Assembly (NCBI RefSeq): GCF_030013205.1
Contig: NZ_CP122648.1
Origin: Escherichia coli
GTDB lineage: Bacteria > Pseudomonadota > Gammaproteobacteria > Enterobacterales > Enterobacteriaceae
Reading direction: 5' to 3' (one strand)
Length of the DNA: 64,000 nt
The notes beneath the pieces are model-generated. The model saw nothing but the letters and a program-made list of their open reading frames with translations, was not told the DNA's origin and made no database searches. This document shows, in pieces, positions 1-11,939 of this stretch (position 1 is its first letter; each line of letters opens with the position of its first letter). A program made the translations under genes and the position numbers.

Positions 1-697
1 TGAGGAACAAATCACCACTATTATGACCAAAACGATCGTTGATTAATTTGAAGTTATCCAGATCGATAAACGCGATCATTATCTTATGGTTAAGATGTCG
101 GGCGAGAGAAAACAGCGTCGTCAGGTTTTCAAAAATCGCCCGCCGATTCGGTAGCCCGGTTAACGAGTCGGTATACGATTGCGCAATCAGCGCAGCATTG
201 GCTTCGCGCAGCTGTTCAACCAGTGCCTCTTTTTGAATATATTGTGCAATCAGTCCGGCGAATAACTGTAAAACCTGTTCCGCGCGTTCACTCCACTGGC
301 GCTTCTCACTACTGGCGGCGCAAAGCGTGCCATAGAATGATCCATCCGGTAAGTGAATTGGCGTGCTCAGAAATGTGGTGATGCCAAGATTGCGTGCCGC
401 AATACAGTCGCCCCAACGGTCAGGGACTTCATCGCTGAAAAAGCAGTTTTCATCAATGGCGCGTTTGCATAACGAGTAATCCCAGGAGACGGTAAAATTC
501 TCCGGGATGTGCATTTTCTGGCTGTTACGGGCAAACATAATATGCTGCAGGCGCGCTTCGACATCCACTTTGGTCAGGTAGGTTGATTCCATATCAGTGA
601 CCATTTCCAGCATCTCCAGAAGCTGTCGGACCAGACTTTCCAGTGACTGTTCTTTGGCAAGGGATTGCGAGACGCGGGCGATAATCTGATCTGACAC
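1..697 (-). CDS. dgcP: Diguanylate cyclase DgcP (YeaP), GAF-GGDEF protein; N-terminal 232 codons only, gene runs off the window start
   Basis: Manual minus-strand translation from GTG at 695-697 reads MSDQIIARVSQSLAKEQSLESLVRQLL...GHNSGDLFL with the frame open to position 1; not in the ORF track because it has no stop inside the window. Confidence 0.85.
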   Translation of the reverse strand, partial: MSDQIIARVSQSLAKEQSLESLVRQLLEMLEMVTDMESTYLTKVDVEARLQHIMFARNSQKMHIPENFTVSWDYSLCKRAIDENCFFSDEVPDRWGDCIAARNLGITTFLSTPIHLPDGSFYGTLCAASSEKRQWSERAEQVLQLFAGLIAQYIQKEALVEQLREANAALIAQSYTDSLTGLPNRRAIFENLTTLFSLARHLNHKIMIAFIDLDNFKLINDRFGHNSGDLFL

Positions 698-879
698 GAA
701 ACAACTCCAGGATACGGCGGGTAAATGCTGATTATTTAATCTTTGCTGGCATGATAAAACATCATCAACAAAGATGAAACAAGGCGTAATATGATTTGAG
801 TGAATGTAATAAAAATAGTGCTGCAAAACAAAACGATACCGCGATACTCTAAGTCTGGATAAATATGTGAGATCAATAA

Positions 880-1134
880 ATGAAAATTATCAGTTTTGTT
901 CTGCCTTGCTTGCTGGTCATGGCTGGTTGTTCAACCCCTTCTCAGCCAGAAGCACCCAAACCGCCGCAGATTGGTATGGCAAATCCGGCGTCGGTCTATT
1001 GCCAGCAGAAGGGCGGGACGCTCATTCCAGTGCAGACAGCGCAAGGGGTCAGCAACAATTGCAAATTACCGGGCGGTGAAACGATTGATGAATGGGCATT
1101 GTGGCGACGGGACCATCCGGCTGGTGAAAAATAA
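880..1134 (+). CDS. yoaF: DUF333 family lipoprotein YoaF (84 aa)
   Basis: ORF 880..1134; signal peptide with lipobox LVMAGC; matches remembered YoaF. Confidence 0.85.
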   Translation: MKIISFVLPCLLVMAGCSTPSQPEAPKPPQIGMANPASVYCQQKGGTLIPVQTAQGVSNNCKLPGGETIDEWALWRRDHPAGEK

Positions 1135-1155
1135 CCGCCGGATGCTGTACTAAAA

Positions 1156-1503
1156 TCACAAGCTACGTAGCCAGTCGGCCAGCACCAGCGCATGGTTCTG
1201 CGTGGTGTTTTTGGCTGAGTAGAGCAGGGTCAGCGGCTGTTTTTTGGCGATGTCCGCCAGCCGCTTTCCTTCTTGCTCGTGTTGCGCCAGTTCTGCAAGA
1301 TATTGCTCGCGAAAGGTTGCAAAATCGACGACTTCGCCGTGAAAGGCTTTGCGCAGTTCCGTTGACGGCGTGATTTCTTTATCCCACTCATCAAGGGCTA
1401 AATCGGTTTTTTTGATACCGCGCGGCCAGAGGCGGTCGACCAGTACGCGATATCCATCGCTCTGTTCAGCCGGATCATAAACGCGTTTGCACTGAATATT
1501 CAT
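1156..1503 (-). CDS. yeaO: DUF488 family protein YeaO (115 aa)
   Basis: ORF 1156..1524 trimmed to internal ATG at 1503 (MNIQCKRVYD...) to match 115 aa. Confidence 0.8.
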   Translation of the reverse strand: MNIQCKRVYDPAEQSDGYRVLVDRLWPRGIKKTDLALDEWDKEITPSTELRKAFHGEVVDFATFREQYLAELAQHEQEGKRLADIAKKQPLTLLYSAKNTTQNHALVLADWLRSL

Positions 1504-1557
1504 CTTGTTTGTTCTCCCTTTCACGCATGATTGGTCACGTCACTATAGCACCGGATA

Positions 1558-2739
1558 TTAGCGAATTTCTTTGTCTCTCCCGGCGCAAAGTCCGAAAATC
1601 GCCATCAGTAGTGAAAGTATGGCAACACCCATCAATGGTATGGACCAGTCACCGTTAGTATCGTGTATTTTACCCATCAGCGGCGGCCCACAGGCTGCCA
1701 GCAAATACCCGACGGATTGTGCCATCCCCGAGAGTGCCGCCGCCTGATGCGCAGAACTTGCCCGAAGACCAATGAACGTCAACCCCAGTATCATTGTTGC
1801 GCCGGAACCAAAACCGAAAAGCAGAGTCCAGGTGATCGCGTGCGCTGGCATAAAGCAGAGCCCAACCGCGCCCACTGCGCACATCAAGGCAACGAACGCT
1901 GCAATACCACGCTGATCTTTCACATGATGTAAGAAAAGTGGGATCAGCAAACCGGGAGCTGCTGTGGCTAGTTGCAGCAAACCATGCAGTGAACCCGCCT
2001 GTGCTTCGCTATAGCCGTGACTGATGAGGATCGCCGGAAGCCAGCCAATAATCACGTAATAGACCAGTGAGTTGATCCCAAGAAACAATGTTACCTGCCA
2101 GGCAAGCGGAGAACGCCAGATACCCCGAGTATGTAAGGCGCGTGAGGTACTCAAATTTGCATGTTGTTGACTTCGCCACTGTGGCAGCCATAAACAAAGA
2201 GCCAGCAGAGGAAAACACATCAGCATGAGCAACGCGCCTTGCCAGCCAAAACCGTTCAAAGCCAGCGGCACGACCATAGCCGATCCCAGTGCCGCTGCAG
2301 CTCCCATTGTCAGGGAATATGCGCCGGTAAGTCTGGCGACGGAATGAGGGAAATCGCGTTTAATTAATCCTGGCAGTAAGACATTGCCTAATGCAATTCC
2401 ACCGCCAATGACCGCTGTACCGCCAAATAATAAGTAAGGCGAAGGGAGAGAGCGAATTGCGATACCAGCACAGATCAAAAGTAACGCGGCAAACAGGCTA
2501 CGTTCCATACCAAAACGTCGCGCCACCGGGGCAGCCAGAGGTGAGATTAGCGCAAAGGCTAATAATGGCAGGGTTGTCAATAAGCCGGTTTGCGCCGTCG
2601 TCAGCGAGTAAGCGGAACGAATCGTATCCAGTAACGGTGCTGCGCCGGTAAAGGTGACGCGTAATGTTGTGGCAATCATTAAAATGCCAGCGATAAGGAC
2701 AATCCTGTTTTTGCCGCTTAATGAAGTTGAACAGGTCAT
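1558..2739 (-). CDS. nimT: MFS transporter NimT (YeaN), 393 aa
   Basis: ORF 1558..2739; 12-TMS hydrophobic profile typical of MFS. Confidence 0.85.
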   Translation of the reverse strand: MTCSTSLSGKNRIVLIAGILMIATTLRVTFTGAAPLLDTIRSAYSLTTAQTGLLTTLPLLAFALISPLAAPVARRFGMERSLFAALLLICAGIAIRSLPSPYLLFGGTAVIGGGIALGNVLLPGLIKRDFPHSVARLTGAYSLTMGAAAALGSAMVVPLALNGFGWQGALLMLMCFPLLALCLWLPQWRSQQHANLSTSRALHTRGIWRSPLAWQVTLFLGINSLVYYVIIGWLPAILISHGYSEAQAGSLHGLLQLATAAPGLLIPLFLHHVKDQRGIAAFVALMCAVGAVGLCFMPAHAITWTLLFGFGSGATMILGLTFIGLRASSAHQAAALSGMAQSVGYLLAACGPPLMGKIHDTNGDWSIPLMGVAILSLLMAIFGLCAGRDKEIR

Positions 2740-2835
2740 ATGCTTCTCATTGTTACAAACGAGGCTGTACCTTACCGTTTTTATTGTTATGTTGAATCAA
2801 GCTAAAATGACAAATTATCGCTAAATTCGGACAAA

Positions 2836-3657
2836 ATGATGCACAGGTTGAATCTCAATGGCTATGAACCCGACCGACACCATGAAGCCGCGGTCGCATT
2901 TTGTATTCACGCCGGAACGGATGAGTTAACCAGTCCTGTACATCAGCACCGCAAAGGACAGCTGATACTGGCGCTACATGGTGCAATTACCTGTACGGTG
3001 GAAAATGCTTTGTGGATGGTGCCACCGCAATATGCGGTTTGGATACCGGGCGGGGTGGAACATAGCAATCAAGTGACAGCTAACGCTGAACTCTGTTTTC
3101 TGTTTATCGAACCCAGCGCAGTGACAATGCCGACAACCTGTTGCACATTGAAAATATCGCCCTTATGCCGGGAATTAATTTTAACCCTGGCAAACAGGAC
3201 GTCGACTCAGCGTGCTGAGCCGATGACCCGCAGATTAATTCAGGTCCTGTTTGATGAACTCCCTCAGCAGCCACAACAACAGCTGCACCTACCCGTTTCT
3301 TCTCATCCTAAAATTCGCGCGATGGTGGAGATGATGGCGAAAGAGCCCGTCGAGTGGGGGTCATTGGGGCAATGGGCTCGCTTTTTTGCGATGAGTGAAC
3401 GCAATCTTGCCCGACTGATAGTGAAAGAGACGGGGTTGAGTTTTCGCCAGTGGCGTCAGCAGTTACAGCTGATTATGGCGCTTCAGGGATTAGTGAAAGG
3501 CGACACTGTACAGAAAGTTGCTCATACGCTGGGGTATGATTCAACAACGGCCTTTATTACTATGTTTAAGAAAGGCCTGGGGCAAACGCCAGGCCGATAT
3601 ATTGCGGGATTAACTACTGTTTCCCCACAATCAGCGAAACCAGACCCGCGGCAATAA
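2836..3657 (+). CDS. nimR: AraC/XylS-family transcriptional regulator NimR (YeaM), 273 aa
   Basis: ORF 2836..3657; C-terminal AraC-type HTH; divergent from nimT. Confidence 0.85.
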
Positions 3658-4060
3658 GCGGGCCAACCGGTACGCCGCGAAACAGCGCCACGCCCAAAAC
3701 AGTGCCCACCAGCAGCCCGGCGACCAGTTGCGGCTGGCTGCCCATTAACGTCACGCCGCGCCCACCTAGCCAGGAGACAATAACGCCTACTGCAATTGCC
3801 ACCAGCGATTTCCAGTTCAGAAACGAGTGAATCAGGGTTGAGGGCGGTAGCGTCCCGCTGGCGATGGGGGCCATAACGCCAATCGTCAGAATGATTATCC
3901 CGATACTTAGCCCCTGTTTTTCAATCCACGGGAAAAAGGTGCTTAACGGTGTGACGCGGACAATGATTAACACCAGAATTGAAACGGCGACAGTGGTGTT
4001 ATGACTGATAAAGCCCAGCGCAGCTAACCCGAGCAGGATCAGCAAAGTGACATCAAACAT
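3614..4060 (-). CDS. yeaL: UPF0756 inner membrane protein YeaL (148 aa)
   Basis: ORF 3614..4060; highly hydrophobic; 3' end overlaps nimR convergently. Confidence 0.85.
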
Positions 4061-4229
4061 CGTGGTTTCCTTGCCAAAGAATAATAAGCCTGCTTACTTT
4101 ACGCTTGCTGCAGGAAGGAAGTAGAAAATCTTTACGTTTTTTGCATAAAAAATCAGGCGAACTGTCATCAAACTGCAATTTGTGCACGCTAACAATAACG
4201 TGAAAACAGCTATCTCCCGGGGGCATACT

Positions 4230-4334
4230 ATGAACGATCAAATGTTCGTCGAGACACTGATTATCACGTCATCGTTTTTTGCCATTGCTGTTGTGCTGGT
4301 TTTGTCCGTTCTTCTTATCGAACGGACAGGCTAG
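4230..4334 (+). CDS. yoaI: Small membrane protein YoaI (34 aa)
   Basis: ATG at 4230, TAG at 4332-4334; translation [34 protein letters not shown]; below the ORF-track size cutoff. Confidence 0.6.
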   Translation: MNDQMFVETLIITSSFFAIAVVLVLSVLLIERTG

Positions 4335-4838
4335 TTACGCAGTGCGTCGGAAATTGACCAGTTCTGGTTGCGCAATGCGCAAATAATCCGCGGTTTTCAA
4401 AATAACGGATTTATCCAGCATGCCTGCATTGAAGGCGATTTCATCAAATCGTTCGAAGAGTAGGGGATCGGCAACCAGTTTGAGTTTTGGATGGAAGCTG
4501 AAAGGGGGGATCGCGCCGAAGACACAGCCTGTGAGTTCATCGACTTCCGCCGGGCTGACCAACGAAGCGCGTAATCCGCCTATATGGCTGGCGAGTTGGC
4601 TCAGATCGGCCTGTTGATCGGCCGCGAGGATCGCCAGAACATGTTGATTTACACCATTGCCTTTGACTTTACATACCAGTGCCTTAGCCCCCTGGCCTAA
4701 AGCGGTGCCACGAATTTCTGACACCGCTTCACATTTACCTACCGCTTCATGGGTAACGACGCGGAAGTCAGCACCTTCTTGTGATAATAAAGCGATTAAC
4801 CGCTGATGCGTCACGCTTCCTTTAGCCATTTCAGTCAT
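4335..4838 (-). CDS. yeaK: YbaK/ProX-like aminoacyl-tRNA deacylase YeaK (167 aa)
   Basis: ORF 4335..4838. Confidence 0.85.
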   Translation of the reverse strand: MTEMAKGSVTHQRLIALLSQEGADFRVVTHEAVGKCEAVSEIRGTALGQGAKALVCKVKGNGVNQHVLAILAADQQADLSQLASHIGGLRASLVSPAEVDELTGCVFGAIPPFSFHPKLKLVADPLLFERFDEIAFNAGMLDKSVILKTADYLRIAQPELVNFRRTA

Positions 4839-4880
4839 TTCATGCTCCTGAGATTACAAGCAAACAACCACAGAAGGTTA

Positions 4881-6371
4881 TCATGAACGGCTGTTTTTGT
4901 TCTGCTTATTGACATATAAACGCTCATCGGAAGCTTTATACGCATCATGTAACGTATCGTTTTCTTTCATCGCGTAAATACCGGAAGAGAAGCCGATCTC
5001 TTTCTGCGGCGCGATATGTTGCAGACGTTTTTCGATACGTTCAGGCAGTTGTGCTGCAATTTGCGGCGTCGAATCGACAAGAATGATGCAGAATTCATCG
5101 CCACCGAGTCGGATGGCATAATCACTTTTACGAATCGACTGTTTAATCGCCTGAGCTAATAACGTAATCGCTAAATCCCCCTCCTGATGACCAAGGGTGT
5201 CATTTATTTGCTTTAACTTGTCCATGTCAATTGCAATAAACATCACCGAAGAACCGGATTGCACCAGTTTTTGCAACCGCTGCTCCAGTTCAGGGGTTAA
5301 AATTTTGCGATTATAGAGTCCAGTCATCGCATCACTAATATTTTCTCGCGACACATTTTGGTATAAACGGAAGTGCATCCGTACCATATTCAGCAAAATT
5401 AACGCCGTCAAAATCCAGAACAGAACGCTTTTCCACGAAGACGTGATAAAGTAAAGAATATCAATGGATAACGAGACACGAATGCCGCCCGGTAAGTCAT
5501 GGACGTAACTGACATACTGGAACAGATTATCTTCGCTCTGGTTGATGATAATGTCGCGCCCCGAATCGGTATCGGTTAGCGTGACATTGAGAAAACGCCA
5601 GAGGAGAGGGCGGTCATGAGTGTAAAAGATATTCCGCAGATTGTTTTTGTTAATATCCAGCAGCACAATCCCTTTTAGCTGCCCTGCGACATATACCGGC
5701 GTCAGCAAACTCATCACGTTCTGTTTAGTACGCTGATCCTGGTAAATGCTCGATAAAACGGTACGCCCGGTAAATACCTTTTCAATATCTTTGCGATCGA
5801 TGCCAATACTTCCTGACTGCAGGAAAGACCAGTTATTCATCGCAAAGTATTCAACATTAACCGGCTCATAAAAATAGACATAGCGGTCATTGAGATCGAG
5901 ATAATAGTGAAATTTCTCTTCGGCCATCCCAAGACCTGAACCGTAATCATCCTGGTGGCGGTTGCCTTCCACTGCCTGATCAAAAGCGGGTAATAGTGCT
6001 GCAGCTTCCACAATTGTGTCGCAGTCAGTGGATGCGGTTTGTAGTGTGCCGCGTAAGCCCGGGTATTTATGGGCAGTCAGGTTTAAGCCATGGGTATTAT
6101 TGGCAGACTCAAAAGCCTCGCAGATGGCGCGCCGCTGTTCTGGCGACACTTCCGACTGCTCAGCAGCAAGAGCGCGCATCACATGCGCGGCAATACTCTG
6201 ATTCTGATACTTATCATAAAGAAAGGAGGAGTCTGCTCTCTGCACGATATAGCGCAGATAGGCACTCATTGCTCTGTCGCTGGCGACAAGTTCAAAAATA
6301 AGGAAGGAAGATGTCAGCACAATGACACTTGCGGCGATAAAATGCCGGAGCATTCTATGGTGCAATTTCAT
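4881..6371 (-). CDS. dgcJ: Diguanylate cyclase DgcJ (YeaJ), membrane sensor with canonical GGDEF
   Basis: ORF 4881..6551 trimmed to ATG at 6371 (MKLHHRML...) to give 496 aa; motif RLGGDEFCIIL. Confidence 0.85.
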   Translation of the reverse strand: MKLHHRMLRHFIAASVIVLTSSFLIFELVASDRAMSAYLRYIVQRADSSFLYDKYQNQSIAAHVMRALAAEQSEVSPEQRRAICEAFESANNTHGLNLTAHKYPGLRGTLQTASTDCDTIVEAAALLPAFDQAVEGNRHQDDYGSGLGMAEEKFHYYLDLNDRYVYFYEPVNVEYFAMNNWSFLQSGSIGIDRKDIEKVFTGRTVLSSIYQDQRTKQNVMSLLTPVYVAGQLKGIVLLDINKNNLRNIFYTHDRPLLWRFLNVTLTDTDSGRDIIINQSEDNLFQYVSYVHDLPGGIRVSLSIDILYFITSSWKSVLFWILTALILLNMVRMHFRLYQNVSRENISDAMTGLYNRKILTPELEQRLQKLVQSGSSVMFIAIDMDKLKQINDTLGHQEGDLAITLLAQAIKQSIRKSDYAIRLGGDEFCIILVDSTPQIAAQLPERIEKRLQHIAPQKEIGFSSGIYAMKENDTLHDAYKASDERLYVNKQNKNSRS

Positions 6372-6551
6372 GATAAATGGCACTCCTTCGGTTAGTGAAA
6401 CGAGAAAACCAGATAAAGTTCGATTGCGGCCTGGCACAGGGGCGCTAATTATACTCATCTCTGCGCCGCTGGGGAGGGGAAATTTAGGGGTAATAGTAAT
6501 AAATTGTATGCAAAAGCCACGCAAAAAGCATGGCTCTGAATATTTTTGCAC

Positions 6552-8027
6552 TTAAATATGATGAATAATCACTTTGTTGCCCCCCTCGCTTTTCGCTTCG
6601 CGTAAGGCTTTATCTGCTTCCGTCATGACAAGCGAGATATTACGTGTGTCACCCGTTGAAAAAACCGTGCCAATACTGATGGTCATTTGCTCAGGAACAT
6701 CATATCTGTTACTAAAGCCGGTCAGGAGTTCGACATTTTTACGCATACGTTCCGCAATGATTTTTGCCTGGGCACTATTGAGTTCGGTAAATAGCAAGCC
6801 AAACACCTCACCCTCCAGTCGCGCTAAAATATCATCGGGGCGGATGCTTTGCTGGATAATATCGACAATTGAAACCAGCACTTTATCACCCACACGATGT
6901 CCCCATTGGGCATTGATGCGTTTGAACTGATTAATATCAACCAGCATGACACAGAAGTCCTTAACAACAGGTCGCGACAATAATGACTCTACGCTGTTGA
7001 AAAAGTAGCGCCGATTATAAATATTGGTCAGTACATCATGAACTGCCAGTTTGCTGGAGAGTTGCAGTTCCTGAAAAATGTTATAAATCAGAAAAGACAC
7101 CACAAACAGTTTACTGGAAACTTCAATCCCGCGACTGATATACCAGATGGTATAATTATACTCATCCAGAGTCAGTAGAAGTAAGTTGCAGCATAGCGAT
7201 GCCAGACATAATAATGCTATTAACGGCCATAGTTCGCTGGCTAATCGTGTACGCATGATAATAAAGAACAGTAAAAATGCCCACAGACAAACCAATATTT
7301 TTGTATAGTTGATTCCCCAGGTCGCAGTATGGTTGTCCGGACAGTAATCGACGACATACAAAGAATAGTCAGCGTTATAACTGCTCAGATTGTGTGCCAG
7401 AAGGGGAAAAACTAAAAAAGGGATCAGCGCCAGCAACAGTATTCCCGTTTTTTTCTTATTATTGTTCAGGATGTTGTCTTTACCATAACAAAAGAGCGCC
7501 AGCGAGGTTAAACAAATGAAACTGAGTTGGCGGAAAATATAGAAAATAGAAACATCATTCGACTTTGTCTGGATCAGTGTACTGCCGTTGATTGGTTTAT
7601 GGATAATTACAATGGTTTCAACTAAATAGATAAGGCCACTTAAAAACGCAAGGCTTAAAATGAGTGTTGGTAAAATTTGTTTGTTAGTGAAATATTTCAT
7701 TAACATGAAAAGAAAAATGACGGCGTTAAGGAAAAACAAAGCCACAACAACCATCAGGTAATTCATCTGTGGGATGAGTTTTACATTCGTGTTTTCGTTA
7801 TATAAGTTAGTAATGCAAAATAAAATTAACGTCAGCAATAAACTGAAAATAAAAAAGCCTTGAGCTTTTAATTTTTGTGTACCCATAGAAGCCATAAAAA
7901 GGAGAGCAATGTGAGTGCTGGATTTTATTGATGGCAGAGATATATAGTTTTGACCAGGATCAATTTTCGTTGACGATAAAAAATAATTAAAGAATAACCC
8001 CAGGGAAATACGTATTGACCGAATCAT
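6552..8027 (-). CDS. dgcI: GGDEF-domain membrane protein DgcI (YeaI/CdgI) with degenerate active-site motif
   Basis: ORF 6552..8027 (491 aa); multi-TMS N-terminus; active-site motif reads EGEVF instead of GG(D/E)EF. Confidence 0.85.
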   Translation of the reverse strand: MIRSIRISLGLFFNYFLSSTKIDPGQNYISLPSIKSSTHIALLFMASMGTQKLKAQGFFIFSLLLTLILFCITNLYNENTNVKLIPQMNYLMVVVALFFLNAVIFLFMLMKYFTNKQILPTLILSLAFLSGLIYLVETIVIIHKPINGSTLIQTKSNDVSIFYIFRQLSFICLTSLALFCYGKDNILNNNKKKTGILLLALIPFLVFPLLAHNLSSYNADYSLYVVDYCPDNHTATWGINYTKILVCLWAFLLFFIIMRTRLASELWPLIALLCLASLCCNLLLLTLDEYNYTIWYISRGIEVSSKLFVVSFLIYNIFQELQLSSKLAVHDVLTNIYNRRYFFNSVESLLSRPVVKDFCVMLVDINQFKRINAQWGHRVGDKVLVSIVDIIQQSIRPDDILARLEGEVFGLLFTELNSAQAKIIAERMRKNVELLTGFSNRYDVPEQMTISIGTVFSTGDTRNISLVMTEADKALREAKSEGGNKVIIHHI

Positions 8028-8173
8028 TTTTCCGAATGATTGTTTTCTGGAACTAAATTGTGTAAAGGTTATGCTGTCATATTTAAAGCGATTGTAAGAT
8101 AATGTATGTAATAAATGAGATAATTTACAGTGAGCTAAAAATCAGCCAGGCGATAATGACCCGGCTGATAGTT

Positions 8174-9469
<1,296 letters not shown>

Positions 9470-9569
9470 CTACATTTGCCAACTGTATGCTACGCCTGTG
9501 TTGCCGCTTCTCTGGCCCACGGTTCGCTGTCGTTGTAGGCCCGGTAGCATGTGTACCGGGCCAGGGTTG

Positions 9570-11504
9570 TTAAGACGATTTACGTACGCGCAAATACCAT
9601 TCGCACAGTAAACGCACCTGTTTACGGGTGTAGCCTTTTTCCATCATACGGTCGACAAAATCGTCGTGTTTCTTTTGCTCGTCGGTTGACGTTTTGGCGT
9701 TAAACGAAATAACCGGCAACAGCTCCTCGGTATTGGAGAACATTTTCTTCTCAATAACCGTGCGCAGTTTTTCATAGCTGGTCCAGTTCGGATTGCGTCC
9801 GCTGTTATTCGCTCTGGCGCGCAGTACGAAGTTAACAATCTCGTTGCGGAAATCTTTTGGATTACTGATCCCCGCCGGTTTCTCGATTTTCTCCAGCTCG
9901 GCGTTAAGAGACTCGCGGTCAAACAACTGCCCGGTATCCGGATCGCGATACTCCTGATCCTGAATCCAGAAATCCGCGTAGGTAACATAACGGTCGAAAA
10001 TGTTTTGCCCATATTCGGAATAGGATTCAAGGTAGGCCGTCTGGATCTCTTTGCCGATAAACTCGGCATATTTCGGGATCAGATAACCTTTCAGGAACTC
10101 CAGATAGCGTTCTGCCTGCTCTTGCGGGAACTGCTCGCGCTCGATCTGCTGTTCCAGGACGTAGAACAGATGAACCGGGTTTGCCGCCACTTCTACATGA
10201 TCGAAGTTGAACACGCGGGAGAGGATCTTAAACGCAAAACGCGTCGACAGACCGTTCATCCCTTCATCGACACCGGCATAGTCACGATATTCCTGATACG
10301 ACTTGGCTTTGGGATCGGTGTCTTTCAGACTTTCGCCATCATAAACCCGCATCTTTGAATAAATGCTGGAGTTTTCTGGCTCTTTCAGGCGCGAAAGAAT
10401 GGAAAAACGTGACAGAGTTTCCAGCGTGCCAGGGGCGCAGGGGGCGTGAGTCAATTCACTGTGATTAAGCAATTTCTCGTAGATTTTGATCTCTTCGGAA
10501 ATGCGCAAGCAATACGGCACCTTCACGATGTAAACACGGTCGAGGAAGGCTTCGTTGTTTTTGTTATTACGGAAAGTGACCCATTCGGATTCGTTCGAGT
10601 GGGCGAGAATAATCCCGTTGAACGGCAGGGCGGAGATACCTTCCGTCCCGTTGTAGTTACCTTCCTGAGTGGCGGTTAGCAAGGGATGCAGCACTTTAAT
10701 CGGTGCTTTAAACATCTCAACGAATTCCATGATCCCCTGGTTGGCGCGGCACAGTGCACCGGAATAGCTGTAGGCGTCCGGGTCATTCTGCGCGTAGTGT
10801 TCGAGTTTACGAATATCGACTTTCCCAACCAGCGCGGAGATGTCCTGGTTGTTCTCATCACCGGGTTCCGTTTTGGCGATAGCAATTTGTTGCAAAATTG
10901 ACGGCCAGACCTTCACTACCCGGAACTTAGTGATATCGCCACCAAATTCATGTAGGCGTTTTGCCGCCCACGGCGACATGATGGTGCCGAGATAACGGCG
11001 AGGAATGCCATACTCTTTTTCCAGAATCTGCGCATCTTCCTGCGGATTGAAAAGACAGAACGGATGATCGTTGACCGGGCTACGCTCACCGTTGGCGCTC
11101 AATACATAAATCGGTACGAGCTGCATTAATGATTTCAGTCGCTCAGCAAGCGATGATTTACCCCCACCCACAGGCCCCAGCAGATACAGGATTTGTTTCT
11201 TCTCTTCCAGCCCCTGAGCCGCGTGTTTCAGATAAGAGACAATCTGTTCAATCGCGTCTTCCATGCCGTAAAACTCTTCAAACGCCGGATAACGTGCAAT
11301 GACCCGGTTAGAAAAGAGTCGAGAAAGTCTGGGTTCCTGGGCTGTATCGACCATGACAGGCTCACCGATAGCCATCAATAGCCGCTCAGCCGCGTTGGCA
11401 TAAGCACTGCGATCTTGCCGACAAGTGGTAAGAAACTCCTGCAGTGTGAACTCTTCGTCCTTGGCAGCTTCATATCGCTGGCGATAGTGATCGAATATAT
11501 TCAT
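9570..11504 (-). CDS. yeaG: PrkA-family Ser/Thr protein kinase YeaG, 644 aa
   Basis: ORF 9570..11504; Walker A-like GPVGGGKSS. Confidence 0.9.
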   Translation of the reverse strand: MNIFDHYRQRYEAAKDEEFTLQEFLTTCRQDRSAYANAAERLLMAIGEPVMVDTAQEPRLSRLFSNRVIARYPAFEEFYGMEDAIEQIVSYLKHAAQGLEEKKQILYLLGPVGGGKSSLAERLKSLMQLVPIYVLSANGERSPVNDHPFCLFNPQEDAQILEKEYGIPRRYLGTIMSPWAAKRLHEFGGDITKFRVVKVWPSILQQIAIAKTEPGDENNQDISALVGKVDIRKLEHYAQNDPDAYSYSGALCRANQGIMEFVEMFKAPIKVLHPLLTATQEGNYNGTEGISALPFNGIILAHSNESEWVTFRNNKNNEAFLDRVYIVKVPYCLRISEEIKIYEKLLNHSELTHAPCAPGTLETLSRFSILSRLKEPENSSIYSKMRVYDGESLKDTDPKAKSYQEYRDYAGVDEGMNGLSTRFAFKILSRVFNFDHVEVAANPVHLFYVLEQQIEREQFPQEQAERYLEFLKGYLIPKYAEFIGKEIQTAYLESYSEYGQNIFDRYVTYADFWIQDQEYRDPDTGQLFDRESLNAELEKIEKPAGISNPKDFRNEIVNFVLRARANNSGRNPNWTSYEKLRTVIEKKMFSNTEELLPVISFNAKTSTDEQKKHDDFVDRMMEKGYTRKQVRLLCEWYLRVRKSS

Positions 11505-11939
11505 GGTATGCCGTCCTTTCGTTTTTTAGCACAGGTTAAGAGCCGTTCATATGAATAGTAGAGGCTCCCGGAAGAGGTAAACTGAACGACGTCTCTTGCT
11601 AAAACACAGCAACTCTCATGCCATTTTATCGACGATGAGAACAACGTGCCCGGTGATACACCTTCAAAATTAAGCGTAGATGGCAAATGGAAAACTTGCC
11701 TGCACGGCTTTCTTAATTTCAATGGCATATCAACAACTCATCCATAAATTTTGCATAATTAATGTAAAGACCAGGGTCGCCAGTAACGCTAAATTCATTT
11801 GGCTGTAAGCGCGGTGTCATCCGCGTCAGGAAAATTAAACAGTTACTTTAAAAAATGAAAACGTAAAAAGGTTGGGTTTCGATGTATTGACGGGTAAACT
11901 TTGTCGCCCGCTAAACATTTGTTTAAGGAATGATTAATT

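Noticed and set aside
6372-6551. 60-codon upstream extension of the dgcJ ORF
   Set aside because: The extension would remove the intergenic region and gives a protein longer than the 496 aa I recall for DgcJ; the internal ATG at 6371 precedes the first transmembrane segment
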